Below, in pieces: positions 10,901 to 21,153 of a DNA stretch of 64,000 nt; positions within the stretch are counted from its first letter, which is position 1; each line of letters begins with the position of its first letter. The notes beneath the pieces are model-generated. The model did not search any database. It was not told the origin of the DNA and saw only the letters and a program-made list of their open reading frames with translations. Source of the DNA: Bacteroidales bacterium (GTDB taxonomy: Bacteria > Bacteroidota > Bacteroidia > Bacteroidales > WRLA01); NCBI GenBank assembly GCA_965230045.1, contig OZ245940.1, positions 1,847,590 through 1,911,589 on the forward strand, read 5' to 3'. A program made the position numbers and the translations under genes.

Positions 10901-12132
10901 GGCGAAAAATCCTTGATGTGGATGATTCCGTTATCTGGGAAACACGTATGAAACAGAAAGGACAATTGGTCGATTATCTTAAAGATCGTATGACCAATGA
11001 CCTGCGCCGCCGACAGGAAAAACCTCAGAATATTTTCCGATATACCGAATCACTTAACAAAAATGCATTGATTATTGGTTTTGCACGGAGGTTTGCTACA
11101 TATAAGCGTGCAGGGCTGTTGTTCGCAAATCCCGAACGTTTGGCGAAAATTGTCAATGATCCTGATCGTCCGGTTCAATTTGTGTTTGCCGGTAAAGCAC
11201 ATCCTCACGATAAAAACGGACAGGCGCTGATAAAAATGATTATAGATTATAGCAAGCGCCCCGAATTTATGGGTAAAATTTTCTTTGTGGAAAATTATGA
11301 TATCGAGTTGGGTAAATATCTCGTACGTGGTGTTGATGTGTGGCTCAACACTCCAACACGTCCTTTGGAAGCATCCGGAACATCCGGCGAAAAAGCCGTA
11401 ATGAATGGTGTGGTCAATTTCAGCGTGCTTGATGGCTGGTGGGCAGAAGGTTACAGAAAAGACGCCGGTTGGGCAATCGATGAGGTCCGGACTTATGAAG
11501 ATCAGGAACTGCAAAATGAACTTGATGCAGAACAGATATTCAATACCTTCGAAGAGGAGATTATTCCGGCATATTTTGAAAAGGACAAGAACGGTATAAG
11601 CAAAAACTGGGTGTCGCATATTAAAAACACAATCGCACACATCGCTCCCCATTTTACGATGAAACGGCAGCTTGATGATTATATCGATCAGTATTATACT
11701 ACGCTCTTTGCTTCAAGTAGCGCGATGCAGAAGGATAACTATGCAAAGGCAAGAGTGCTTGCAGCATGGAAACGCAATGTTTATAAGCGTTGGAGCGGAA
11801 TATCCGTTAAAGAATTACGCATCCCGCAAAACACCCAGGAACCATTGAAACTTGGTGATTTGTTTGTGTCCGAAGTGCACCTCAATATGAATGGGCTGAA
11901 CTGTGAAGATATTGGCGTAGAAGTTATTTTTGGCCGCAAAGAAAATGATGTGGTAAACAAAATTATCTATAAACGTGAACTTGAGGGAGAAAAAGCTGAT
12001 AACGGCACAGGCATTTATTCCTGTTCGTTCCCAATTTCCCGTGCCGGTGTTTATGACTTCACTTTCAGAGTGTTTCCAAAAAATCAGGGACTTGTGCACC
12101 CTCAGGAAATGAAACTTGTTAAATGGATTTAA
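7903..12132 (+). CDS. glgP: Fused GT3 glycogen synthase and GT35 alpha-glucan phosphorylase
   Basis: N-half FEVSWESCNKIGG, RYEFHNKG, PSYYEPWGYTPLE; C-half YFSMEFG, SGGLGMLAGDH, ARRFATYKR, EASGTSGEKA. Confidence 0.92.
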   Translation: MRKPDFLFEVSWESCNKIGGVHTVLTTKAAAMKQVFGDNYIIIGPDVWKETHSNPNFREDNQLLTSWREIASNEGLNIRIGRSSAAADSITVLVDFTPLFAKKDEILTQLWEKFGLDSLSGQWDYVEPALFGWAAAKVIESYYQFYCTSRHNVIAHFHEWVSGSGVLYLRDRQPLIASVFSAHATVIGRGIAERGWNLYEKLDSYNADLLSHDFGQVAKNSMEKTSANNADVLTVPSSITNRECKQFLGRDADIITPNGISKSLLPNDSDLAQMRINARKRILEVASVMSGAEFSDDTFILGSGSRYEFHNKGIDVLLDSLAAFKQQYQGTRNVLAVLAVTAPNLGPCDPLQQRLAGQQLAEEDVNPFLTHELTDFDKDPIIKSLKKLGFENKPDDKIKVIFIPAFLDGEDGVLNMGFYDLISASDLNVYPSYYEPWGYTPLESLAFGVPAVTSTLSGFGQFVQNHNLKPESGLEIIKRNGDDIPSVQLLVSLYHEYISKDGQQWKESSQEARNFAANFTWEKLISYFEKAYDLAIAKTLERTPEIRRDALREQQTDIPLPQREKPQWKKVLVKPTVPNALTGLQKLSKNLWWTWNTEAAELFEMINKKRWNEHKFNPISLLESLSTEEWNELSQNEAFISKLHSVVKKFDTYMAEANHQDPNRIAYFSMEFGLHDTIKIFSGGLGMLAGDHLKEASDLNLNMVGVGLLYRYGYFQQRLSLHGEQISELTPQKFSHLPVEPVRLEDGSWAKVEIALPGRVMYAKIWVAQVGRVPLYLFDTDIEENSHADRFVTHQLYGGDLENRLKQELLLGVGGIRMINLLNLSPNIYHCNEGHAAFIGLERLRNFVQNRTLNFMQATEVVRASTLFTTHTPVPAGHDAFPEDLLRAYIPHYAERLGLSWDAFMNLGRFTPYDKNELFSMSVLAVNLSQEVNGVSKIHGRVSREMFARLYDGYFADEVHIGHVTNGVHFPTWTAKSWQKLYKKTFGEQFLKDQSNPVHWRKILDVDDSVIWETRMKQKGQLVDYLKDRMTNDLRRRQEKPQNIFRYTESLNKNALIIGFARRFATYKRAGLLFANPERLAKIVNDPDRPVQFVFAGKAHPHDKNGQALIKMIIDYSKRPEFMGKIFFVENYDIELGKYLVRGVDVWLNTPTRPLEASGTSGEKAVMNGVVNFSVLDGWWAEGYRKDAGWAIDEVRTYEDQELQNELDAEQIFNTFEEEIIPAYFEKDKNGISKNWVSHIKNTIAHIAPHFTMKRQLDDYIDQYYTTLFASSSAMQKDNYAKARVLAAWKRNVYKRWSGISVKELRIPQNTQEPLKLGDLFVSEVHLNMNGLNCEDIGVEVIFGRKENDVVNKIIYKRELEGEKADNGTGIYSCSFPISRAGVYDFTFRVFPKNQGLVHPQEMKLVKWI

Positions 12133-12190
12133 GACAGGATATTACAGGATATTTCTGTTTTAGTCAGTTCTGAATAATCCTTACTCAATA

Positions 12191-12226
12191 AAAGCCATCC
12201 TGATTTTCAAGGATGGCTTTTTTTTT
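12191..12226 (+). terminator. Intrinsic terminator of glycogen operon
   Basis: AAAGCCATCC-N10-GGATGGCTTT followed by T run. Confidence 0.8.
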
Positions 12227-12318
12227 ACTTGTTTCTTTTTTTTGGAATTTTTTGATTTGTGGAATCTGTTTATTTTTTGTATGTTTGATGCACTTATAAA
12301 AACTGATTAAACACTGGT

Positions 12319-13671
12319 ATGGAAGCTTTGAAAGTATTTGTTGTTGAGGATGATAAGGTTTTTGCAAAAACGCTGAAATATCATCTTGAACTTAATCCAG
12401 AATATGAAGTGGAGATATTTTATAGTGCACGTGAGTGTATTGATAACCTCTATAAAAATCCATCGCTTATTACGCTCGATTATGATTTGCCGGGCATGTC
12501 GGGGCTGCAGTTCCTGCAATGGCTTAAAGAGCATAATAAAAAGGTTCCCGTGATCGTGGTCTCCGGTCAGCGGGAGGTGCAGGTTGCCATTGATATACTG
12601 AAAGCAGGGGCATACGATTATTTGGTAAAGGATCAGGATATCTTTGAGCGTATTTGGGCAGCAATATCGCGCATCAAAGAAAACCGTGATTTAATGCATA
12701 GGATTGATGCACTGGAAGATGAACTCGACCGTAAATTTCAGTTTGATAAGTACATCAAAGGCCAAAGTGAATCCATCAACAAGGTTTTTTCACTAATCTC
12801 AAAAGCGGTTAAGACCGATATAAGTGTTTCAATAACAGGAGAAACGGGTACAGGTAAAGAGATGGTGGCCAAGGCGATTCATTTTAATTCCAAAAGACGG
12901 AAAGGGCCTTTTGTTGCTGTCAACGTTTCGGCTGTTCCTCATGAGCTTATAGAAAGTGAAATGTTCGGACACGAAAAAGGTGCTTTTACAGATGCAAACT
13001 CACGCCGCATCGGTAAGTTTGAAGAAGCAAGCGGGGGCACACTTTTTCTGGATGAAATCGGGGATATGAACCTCAATATGCAAACCAAACTTTTGCGTGT
13101 TCTTCAGGAGGGCGAATTAAACCGTGTAGGTGGAAATCAATCAATTAAATTGGATACGCGCCTGGTTACCGCTACCAATAAAAACCTGCTCGAAGAAGTA
13201 AAAGCCGGACGTTTTCGCGAAGACCTGTATTATCGTATTATGGGGCTGCCTATTAGCCTTCCGCCATTGCGCCAAAGGGGAAATGATGTTTTTATCCTTG
13301 CGAAGTTCTTCCTCGATGAGTTTTGTGATAAAAATAATATGGAACATAAGCGCCTGAGTACCGAAGCGCAACAAAAATTAAAAAAGTACAGCTTCCCGGG
13401 AAATGTGCGTGAATTAAAAGCTATGATGGAACTCGCTGCTGTTATGGCTGATAATCCGGTGATTGAAGAGAACGACATCTCGATGAACCCTACAAATGAA
13501 CTGGATAACCTGCTGATGCAGGAAACAACGATGCGCGAATACCATAAGAAAATCATCAAATACTATCTAAAAAAATATAATAATAAAGTACGGGTCGTTG
13601 CAGAAGTGCTTGATGTGGGTAAGTCCAGTATTTATAATATCCTTAAAGATGAACGGGAAAGGGGTTATTGA
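12319..13671 (+). CDS. Sigma54-dependent response regulator (NtrC family)
   Basis: REC domain, GETGTGKE, ESEMFGHEKGAFTDA, LFLDEIG, FREDLYYR, FPGNVREL, C-terminal HTH. Confidence 0.93.
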   Translation: MEALKVFVVEDDKVFAKTLKYHLELNPEYEVEIFYSARECIDNLYKNPSLITLDYDLPGMSGLQFLQWLKEHNKKVPVIVVSGQREVQVAIDILKAGAYDYLVKDQDIFERIWAAISRIKENRDLMHRIDALEDELDRKFQFDKYIKGQSESINKVFSLISKAVKTDISVSITGETGTGKEMVAKAIHFNSKRRKGPFVAVNVSAVPHELIESEMFGHEKGAFTDANSRRIGKFEEASGGTLFLDEIGDMNLNMQTKLLRVLQEGELNRVGGNQSIKLDTRLVTATNKNLLEEVKAGRFREDLYYRIMGLPISLPPLRQRGNDVFILAKFFLDEFCDKNNMEHKRLSTEAQQKLKKYSFPGNVRELKAMMELAAVMADNPVIEENDISMNPTNELDNLLMQETTMREYHKKIIKYYLKKYNNKVRVVAEVLDVGKSSIYNILKDERERGY

Positions 13672-13892
13672 CCTGTCCTTAACGTTTTTCAATAACTGTA
13701 GGCTTGCCTGAAAGTTTGATTTGCGTTTAATTGATCTGGCTTACACGGGTTTAATCTGAGTTTGTTTTTTCTGACCATACGTTTTGGCCGTTGGGATTTA
13801 ATGTCGTTATTATTTGTGGTGATAAATCCTCTGACTTTTTCCTCTAAATGATAAAATCATTGTAATTTAGTGGATTCACTATAGCGTGCAAG

Positions 13893-16724
13893 ATGGAACA
13901 TGATTTTTCATTTTTTCAAAACCATAATAAACGGCCTGTTCTTTTAGTGCTGTTGTTTGTTTTATTTATAATTACAGAACATGCGGATGCCCAAAACGGA
14001 AAGCCTGATAATCCGGAGGGCAATTATTTTGAGCGGGTTAATGATGCTTTTCTCATGCTAAGCCGCGACAGCATGTCTGTAAATGCAACGAGAAATGCTG
14101 AAACCCTTTTGGATCAGGCGCGAGACCAAACCAAAAATAATGATGAATTATATAACCTTGCTCAGGATATTGATGATAAGGGTCGTCAACTTAGAAACCG
14201 CGCCTTTTATCAGCCTTCGCTTCTGTTTCATAATTACGCCCTGAAAATTGGTGAAGATTTGAATAATTCGCTTTTTGTTTCGAGGGTGCTTAATAATATC
14301 GGTGTGGTTTATCGCCGTATTGATGACTATCAAAAAGCAATGAACTACCATTTAAGGGCCATGGAAATTGCTGATAGTATTGGTGCCGACAAAGGTACCG
14401 CGATATCCTTAAACAGTATCGGTAATATTTATTACTTGATGTCAGATTATCAGAAAGCTATTGAATGTTTTCAGCAAGCACTGCAAATTGAAAAAGATAA
14501 AGATAATGTTTTAGGGCAGGCCATTAATTTTAATAATATTGGTAATGTTTATAAATCCTGGGGCCATTTTGATAAAGCACTTGAGTATTACCAGCTTTCC
14601 CTTGAAAAGAATAGGGAAATCAACAGCCATAAGGGAATCGGGATTTGCCTCAATGATATTGGTCTCATTTATCTTGAAACAGGGAAGGCTGAAGATGCTC
14701 TGTCTTTTTTTCGGGAAGCACTGGCAATCAATTTGCTGCTTGATGATGTACGTTATACTGCCGATAATTATCTTAATCTGGGGCGGGTTTACCTGGCTCT
14801 GGATGAACTAGGTAAAGCTCAGGAAAATACAATCTTAGGTTTGGATTTGTCTTTAAAAATTGATGCGAAAAGTCAGGTGCATGAAGCTTATGAAATGCTT
14901 TCCATAATTAACAGCCGCCAGAATAACTATAAATTGGCGCTGGATAATTATATGCAATCAATTCAATACAAGGACAGTGTTTTGAATGAAAGCAACCAAA
15001 GGGATATTGCGCGTATGCAGGCCCGTTATGAAAGCACCCGGATGGAAAATGAACTGGAATTGGCGCTGAAACAGCAGGAAATACAGGAGCTTAACTTAAA
15101 AAGGCAATGGTGGATTTTGGGCATTACAATAATTATACTGGTTCTTGTAATGGTGTTTATTGTTTATGCCTATTGGGTAAAAGTGCGTTCAAACCGCGTG
15201 TTGGTGCAAAAAAACAATGAGATACAGCAGGCTCAGGATGAGTTAAAAAAATACGCTGAAGAACTTAAGGGTGCCAAAGAAGCTGCAGAAGCATCGGAAC
15301 GGGCAAAAAGCGAATTTCTTGCAAATATGAGCCATGAAATCAGGACACCAATGAATTCTGTTTTAGGTTTCTCCGAATTGCTCGACCGGCACATCAGTGA
15401 TAGTAAACTAAGAACCTTCCTCGAAGCAATCCAGTCCAGTGGTAAGAGTTTGTTGACATTGATCAATGATATCCTCGACCTGTCGAAAATTGAAGCAGGG
15501 CGTTTTACCATTAATCCGGATATCAGTGTGTTTCGTCGTTTTTTGGATGAACTTGTACGTGTATTTGAACTGCCTTTGAAAGAAAAAGGTGTTGCACTGA
15601 AACTCAAAATTGATGACCAAATTCCTTCGGCCCTGATTTTTGATGAGGTTCGCTTGCGCCAAGTGCTTTTCAACCTGCTTGGAAATGCTGTGAAATTTAC
15701 GGATAAAGGACAGATTGTGCTGGAAGCAAAGGCGCACAATATCTTAGGAAGCCGTGCGGATATTCTTATTAGCGTGGAAGATACCGGTATTGGTATCCCA
15801 AAGCAGCAACAGGAAGAAATTTTTAAGCCTTTTACACAACGTTCCGGGCAAGACAGCAGGAGGTTTGGCGGCACCGGCCTTGGCCTTTCCATCTCCCGCA
15901 GGCTGGTTGAAATGATGGACGGAAAGCTGGAAATTGAAAGCGAACCGGGAAAAGGAAGCCGTTTTACCGTGCACCTGAAAAATATTGAAATCGCTCCCGA
16001 TATTGATTATAACCAAAGCTTTCAGGCTTCTGATAAACTTTTGGATTTTAAAAATGCCCGTGTCCTCGTTGCCGATGATGTGCAACTTAACCGGGACCTG
16101 CTTAAAAATATGCTGGAGGAAATGAATATTCAGGCAATCCTTGCAGAAGACGGACAGCAGTGTTACGAGCTTGCTATTGTTCATAAACCGGATCTTATTT
16201 TGCTGGATATCCGCATGCCCGTTTTAGATGGTTTTGGTGCAATGGAAATGCTGAAAGTACATCCCACCCTAAAAAATGTGCCGGTTATTGCTGTTACAGC
16301 ATCAAGCAGCGATGAAGAAAAAATGATGAGCTTCGGTGCTGCACAAATCATACGCAAACCGGTGTCTTTTGATGTGCTCAGCAACCTGCTTTGTGAATAT
16401 CTCGATTTTTCTGAAATGAGCCTTAAAACGAACACTCCTGATCAAAAACCTTCTTCGGTCACGCTTGATCCATCGCAAATTATCGCTTTAAAACCTTTCT
16501 ATGTAAAAGCAATACAGTCTAATATGATGGACGATATTAAATTGCTTGCCGAAAAAATGACAGATACGGCTGCAATAAACAATAATCCTGAATTGAAAGC
16601 TCTGGCAAAAAACATAAAAACTGCTGCGGAAACTTTTGATATCGAAGAGATTAGTAAGCTGTTATCGTATTTTGAATCTTTTTTGAAACAGAATGAAAAT
16701 ACGGACTCCTCTGCGAAAGCATAG
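13893..16724 (+). CDS. TPR-sensor hybrid histidine kinase
   Basis: TPR repeats (NNIGVVY, NSIGNIY), TM helix, [42 protein letters not shown] (LLDIRMP). Confidence 0.93.
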   Translation: MEHDFSFFQNHNKRPVLLVLLFVLFIITEHADAQNGKPDNPEGNYFERVNDAFLMLSRDSMSVNATRNAETLLDQARDQTKNNDELYNLAQDIDDKGRQLRNRAFYQPSLLFHNYALKIGEDLNNSLFVSRVLNNIGVVYRRIDDYQKAMNYHLRAMEIADSIGADKGTAISLNSIGNIYYLMSDYQKAIECFQQALQIEKDKDNVLGQAINFNNIGNVYKSWGHFDKALEYYQLSLEKNREINSHKGIGICLNDIGLIYLETGKAEDALSFFREALAINLLLDDVRYTADNYLNLGRVYLALDELGKAQENTILGLDLSLKIDAKSQVHEAYEMLSIINSRQNNYKLALDNYMQSIQYKDSVLNESNQRDIARMQARYESTRMENELELALKQQEIQELNLKRQWWILGITIIILVLVMVFIVYAYWVKVRSNRVLVQKNNEIQQAQDELKKYAEELKGAKEAAEASERAKSEFLANMSHEIRTPMNSVLGFSELLDRHISDSKLRTFLEAIQSSGKSLLTLINDILDLSKIEAGRFTINPDISVFRRFLDELVRVFELPLKEKGVALKLKIDDQIPSALIFDEVRLRQVLFNLLGNAVKFTDKGQIVLEAKAHNILGSRADILISVEDTGIGIPKQQQEEIFKPFTQRSGQDSRRFGGTGLGLSISRRLVEMMDGKLEIESEPGKGSRFTVHLKNIEIAPDIDYNQSFQASDKLLDFKNARVLVADDVQLNRDLLKNMLEEMNIQAILAEDGQQCYELAIVHKPDLILLDIRMPVLDGFGAMEMLKVHPTLKNVPVIAVTASSSDEEKMMSFGAAQIIRKPVSFDVLSNLLCEYLDFSEMSLKTNTPDQKPSSVTLDPSQIIALKPFYVKAIQSNMMDDIKLLAEKMTDTAAINNNPELKALAKNIKTAAETFDIEEISKLLSYFESFLKQNENTDSSAKA

Positions 16725-16731
16725 ATTTTAT

Positions 16732-17067
16732 GGTTCTACTAGGAATTTCGTGGGTAACAATAATGTTTGAAAATAATATGGAGATATTTATTAATAAACT
16801 ATTGATCCCTAACAGATTCCTCCCTTCACAAAGCCTTAATCACTTCGTTTGGCTTTGTTCCGGTCGGAATGACGCTGTTTATTAGGTGTTTAAGGCAAAT
16901 GCGGCGAGGACACAATAGTATATTTTAAAGACGTCCTCGCCGCATTTGCCTCCTGACTTCATAAAAACGCGTCATTCCGACAAAGTTTCTCGAAGAATGA
17001 GGAAACTTTGGAGGAATCTGTTTGAAATAGCATTCTAATTTCTTTCCACGAAATTCCGTGTAGTACC
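16732..17067. mobile_element. MITE-like non-autonomous element (336 bp) with nested inverted repeats
   Basis: TIRs GGTTCTACTAGGAATTTCGTGG (16732-16753) and CCACGAAATTCCGTGTAGTACC (17046-17067); 8-bp direct repeat GATTTTAT at 16724-16731 and 17068-17075; no ORF in the track. Confidence 0.8.
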
Positions 17068-17118
17068 GATTTTATTTAATCAGCTTTATTAAGTAATTTC
17101 GCTATTTATATTTTAACT

Positions 17119-18282
17119 ATGGACAATCTACAAAATTTAATAGAAGCTTTTAACAAACAATATGGCCGGGGATCGAAGCCTTCATTATTTTTTGCTCCCG
17201 GACGAGTCAACCTGATCGGTGAGCACACGGATTATAATCAGGGATATGTGCTGCCCATGGCTATTCATCTCGGTACGTATTTGCTTGTTCGTCCAAACAC
17301 CGACAGCTTGTACCGTTTCGCATCCCTTAACATGGATCAAACAGCAGAAATTCCGATCAATGCAGATTTATCCAAAGAGGCCAAAGATTGGGTGCGATAT
17401 CCCGCAGGTATTATTGATGTCTTGAATAAACGTGGGCACAAATTTCCGGGTTTGGATTTTCTTTTTTATGGAGATTTGCCTCATGGCGCGGGTTTATCTT
17501 CCTCTGCTTCAATTGAAATCGTTGCTGCCTATGCCCTGAAAACTCTTTTTAATTTGAATATTTCCAAAGTCGAGCTCACTAAAATTGCACGCGAATGTGA
17601 AAATGATTTCATAGGGCTTAATTGCGGGATTATGGATATGTTTGCCATAGCTCTGGGTAAGCAGGGACATGCGCTCTTCCTTAATTGCGGCACACTCAAT
17701 TATGCTTATGTTCCAGTGCATGCCGATGATTTTGTTTTCGTTGTTGCAGATACACGAAAAGAACGGAAACTGAGCGACAGTAAATACAATGAACGCGTTA
17801 TGGAATGTAAGACCGCCCTGGAATCCATGCCTTTGTATGAACACAAAACGAGTTTGAGCCATCTGGGTATCGAAGAATTCGATAAACTTTCTCATCATAT
17901 AAAAGATGATAAGGTGCGCAGTAGGGCCCGGCATGTGATTTCTGAAAACGAGAGAGTTTTTTCTGCAGTGAAAGCGCTGAACAATAAGAATATCCTTGAT
18001 TTTGGAAACCTGATGAAAGCATCTCATCAATCCTTGCGCGATGATTATGAGGTAACTGGAATGGAACTTGATGCCCTGGTTGCTGATGCTTTGGAAATTC
18101 CGGGTGTTATTGGTGCCAGAATGACCGGTGCAGGTTTTGGAGGCTGCACCATTAATCTGGTAGAACGGAATAGCTTGCCGGAATTTAAGGAAAAACTTGC
18201 TGTTTCCTATAAAAATAAAACCGGTCTTGAAGCCGCTTTCTATGAGGTTCGGCCATCGTCTGGCCCGGTACAGCTAGCCTGA
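17119..18282 (+). CDS. galK: Galactokinase
   Basis: APGRVNLIGEHTDYN, PHGAGLSSSAS, CGIMD, GARMTGAGFGGC. Confidence 0.95.
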   Translation: MDNLQNLIEAFNKQYGRGSKPSLFFAPGRVNLIGEHTDYNQGYVLPMAIHLGTYLLVRPNTDSLYRFASLNMDQTAEIPINADLSKEAKDWVRYPAGIIDVLNKRGHKFPGLDFLFYGDLPHGAGLSSSASIEIVAAYALKTLFNLNISKVELTKIARECENDFIGLNCGIMDMFAIALGKQGHALFLNCGTLNYAYVPVHADDFVFVVADTRKERKLSDSKYNERVMECKTALESMPLYEHKTSLSHLGIEEFDKLSHHIKDDKVRSRARHVISENERVFSAVKALNNKNILDFGNLMKASHQSLRDDYEVTGMELDALVADALEIPGVIGARMTGAGFGGCTINLVERNSLPEFKEKLAVSYKNKTGLEAAFYEVRPSSGPVQLA

Positions 18283-18328
18283 TGTTTGAGTTAAATGCTC
18301 ATTGCTTAAGATTTTAATATTGATGTTT

Positions 18329-20263
18329 ATGCGTATAAATATATTTTTTGGATTTATTTTTCTCCTGATAATTGTTTCATGTAGCCATGATGAAACAGTT
18401 TATATTGCCTCAGAAAAATTGTTGGATCCAAGGGCTTTTTACCCGGAAACAGCACCGGAATACCATATGGTTTCCAGTTTTGATACAACCGGAGGGAATA
18501 TCGACAGGATAAACCTGAAAACAGGACAAACCGCTGTTTTAATGGATCAAAAAGGGCAGGGGCTGATTAAACGTTTATGGATCAGGATCGATGAAACCAA
18601 CCGTGACCTGATGCGTGGCCTTTTGCTGCGTATGTTTTGGGACAATAACGAAGAACCTGCTGTTTCTGTGCCGTTTGCAGATTTTTTCTCCCTGGGGCCA
18701 AATCAGGATGCAGTATCCACAGTTTATACATTTTCAAACGGTACGGAGTTTTTATCACATTTTCCAATGCCTTTCGTAAAAGGCGCCAGGATTGAACTTA
18801 TTAACCAATCCTCAGAAGAACTGCCTGAACTGTACTATAAAATAGATTATTATACCTTCCGGGATTCGATTCGCCCCGATTGTCCTCGTTTTTATGCAGC
18901 GTGGAATAGAGATCACCAAACGGAAAACGATACAGATTATGTGGTGCTGGCAACAAAAGGCTCGGGATTTCTGGCAGGATTAAACCTTAATGTGCACGGG
19001 CATAATATAAAACAGGCTTTCATTGCCTCAGACGAACGTATTTGGATTGATGCTGCCCGTATTCCTGCGGCACATGGTACAGGCATTGAGGATCTATTTG
19101 ATGTACAATCCCAAACTGATGTGTCCGGTGTGAGCGTTGATGATGCAAATACTTTTTCTGCATGGCGTTTTTTTGCAGATGCTCCTGTATTTTTTAATAA
19201 AAGTCTTTTGTTTACAATCGAACATGGGCATGATAATCAAGATGTGCTCGATTTCTCCTCAACCGTATTCTGGTATCAGTCGGGCCATGATGTGCATCTT
19301 ACTGAAATTGATTCGGCTCCCATGCGTAAATACCCAAAGGTTTATGTTCCCTTCGATGCATACGAAGCTGAAAATCTTATTTTTGAATCAAACGATAATA
19401 TAGAAGTATCCACAAAGAATATGGAAGAGTACGCTCCGGATTGGGGCAATGATGCCATGCTGCTGGTTGCTTCACGAAATCTGAGCCGTTTTTCGCTTAC
19501 GCTTCCTCATTTGGCCGAAAGTGCCTATAATGTTGATGTTTATATGAATACGGGGCCATACATGGGCAATATTTATGTGAGTCCTGCCGGCAGGCCGCAA
19601 AGCCAGTATCTCGATGCATATGCTCCGGCTTATGGCCATGCCCCTGTTATGCACTTTGAGAATGTTCCCGTGCGGGATGGCCGTTTGGAAATGGATTTTC
19701 GGATTATGGGAAAAAACCCTTCTTCTGCCGAGTTTTATGCAGGGATCGATGCTGTAAAAATCAGTCCGGTTCGGAAGTTCATCCCAAATTGGTCGCTGTC
19801 TCAGCTTTATCCGGCCAAACGTTTATCAGATCACCTGCGCTTCGGCCTGGACAGTTTGTTTGATCCTGAGTTAGCAAAAAATAATGAAAGCGTTTCCGAA
19901 GAAGCATATGGTTTGAGGCGTGTTCTTCCTGATGGTGAGGGTTTGCTCAAACATCCGGATGAAAATCAACATAATTACGGTATTTTCTATGCACGCGTCT
20001 TCGTGTATGCGCCTGAGAAAATGGAAAAAACGCTCCTTATTGGATGTGGCACGGGGCATAAGGTGTTTTTAAATAATCAGGAATTATTCAGAAACAGTGA
20101 TTTAACATATGCTGAGGCTGATAAAAACGCAATTCCGCTGCCTCTGGAAAAAGGTTGGAATGAGTTGGTTATAAAATCGGAATGGCTTCGGGGAAATCAG
20201 GGCTTTTATGCCCGCATACCGGATGCAGCAAATGAATTGCGCTATAACTTGTATTTCAAATAG
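18329..20263 (+). CDS. DUF2961/GH172-like lipoprotein with C-terminal beta-sandwich domains
   Basis: Lipobox-like IVSC; SSFDTTGGN.D, LRMFWD..EEPAVSVPFADFF, FPMPF, HGTGIEDLF, TIEHGHDN. Start uncertain (18302-18329). Confidence 0.75.
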   Translation: MRINIFFGFIFLLIIVSCSHDETVYIASEKLLDPRAFYPETAPEYHMVSSFDTTGGNIDRINLKTGQTAVLMDQKGQGLIKRLWIRIDETNRDLMRGLLLRMFWDNNEEPAVSVPFADFFSLGPNQDAVSTVYTFSNGTEFLSHFPMPFVKGARIELINQSSEELPELYYKIDYYTFRDSIRPDCPRFYAAWNRDHQTENDTDYVVLATKGSGFLAGLNLNVHGHNIKQAFIASDERIWIDAARIPAAHGTGIEDLFDVQSQTDVSGVSVDDANTFSAWRFFADAPVFFNKSLLFTIEHGHDNQDVLDFSSTVFWYQSGHDVHLTEIDSAPMRKYPKVYVPFDAYEAENLIFESNDNIEVSTKNMEEYAPDWGNDAMLLVASRNLSRFSLTLPHLAESAYNVDVYMNTGPYMGNIYVSPAGRPQSQYLDAYAPAYGHAPVMHFENVPVRDGRLEMDFRIMGKNPSSAEFYAGIDAVKISPVRKFIPNWSLSQLYPAKRLSDHLRFGLDSLFDPELAKNNESVSEEAYGLRRVLPDGEGLLKHPDENQHNYGIFYARVFVYAPEKMEKTLLIGCGTGHKVFLNNQELFRNSDLTYAEADKNAIPLPLEKGWNELVIKSEWLRGNQGFYARIPDAANELRYNLYFK

Positions 20264-20277
20264 ATATAAAGTTTATT

Positions 20278-21153
20278 ATGAAGAATATAATTCTGTTCAC
20301 ACTATTATTGTCTTTGCACCTTGCATCCTCAGCACAGCAGCCAGGGAGTTTCTGTGTCAGCGAAGATGAACTGGCTCTCTGGGAGCAAATAAACACCTAT
20401 CGTTTGAAATTTGCCCTGGATCCGCTTCCGTTGAGCAAGTCACTGAGCTATGTAGCTTATTTGCATGTTCGTGATCTTTATCTGAATCATCCCGATGAAG
20501 GCGATTGCAATTTGCACAGCTGGTCGGATAATGGCACATGGAAACCTATTTGCTATCCGGAAGAGCAAAGCCGAAAAAACAATGCATGGAAAAAACCTCT
20601 GGAGCTGGCCAACTACAAAGGAAAGGCGATGGAAATTGCGTATTACGAAAATAATGATGCGTTGCCGGAAAATATCTTTGAAATGTGGAAAATGAGCTCG
20701 CCTTCCGCCTCTGTTATGGTCAATACCGGTAAATGGAACCGTTATGAGTGGAAGGCGATTGGGGTAGCGATTTACCGTGGCTATGCCGTGGCTTGGTTTG
20801 GCGATGCAGAGGATGCATATGATGGTATCCGCGTGTGTAATTCTGATCGTATGATCTTTAAAGAGGAAAAAGGCGAAGAAACGAAAACATTAGCTGAAAA
20901 AAGCGATTTAATACCGGTAATTGTGAACCCAACTTCTCAGTTTTATTTAATCTACGGGAGTTTTGATAATGAAATTCAGGCGAAGGAAAAAGCGAAGGAT
21001 TACAAAACAAAAGGTTTTAAGGAAGTTGCAATCATCAGTGCCGACCGCCGTTTCCGGATTGCGCTTCAGCCTTTTAAATCGGAAGAAGAGGCAAAGGAGG
21101 CAAAAACATCATTCCCTGTTGAGTTTCGTTCTGCATGGGTTTTGGAGTTTTAA
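20278..21153 (+). CDS. Secreted CAP/SCP-like protein with C-terminal SPOR domain
   Basis: Signal peptide; INTYR...LPLSKSLSYVAYLHVRDL, WKAIGVAI..GYAVAWFG; C-terminal FYLIYGSF...AWV. Confidence 0.7.
   Translation: MKNIILFTLLLSLHLASSAQQPGSFCVSEDELALWEQINTYRLKFALDPLPLSKSLSYVAYLHVRDLYLNHPDEGDCNLHSWSDNGTWKPICYPEEQSRKNNAWKKPLELANYKGKAMEIAYYENNDALPENIFEMWKMSSPSASVMVNTGKWNRYEWKAIGVAIYRGYAVAWFGDAEDAYDGIRVCNSDRMIFKEEKGEETKTLAEKSDLIPVIVNPTSQFYLIYGSFDNEIQAKEKAKDYKTKGFKEVAIISADRRFRIALQPFKSEEEAKEAKTSFPVEFRSAWVLEF

Noticed and set aside
15233-15892. 219-aa minus-strand ORF
   Set aside because: Antisense shadow of the histidine kinase core.
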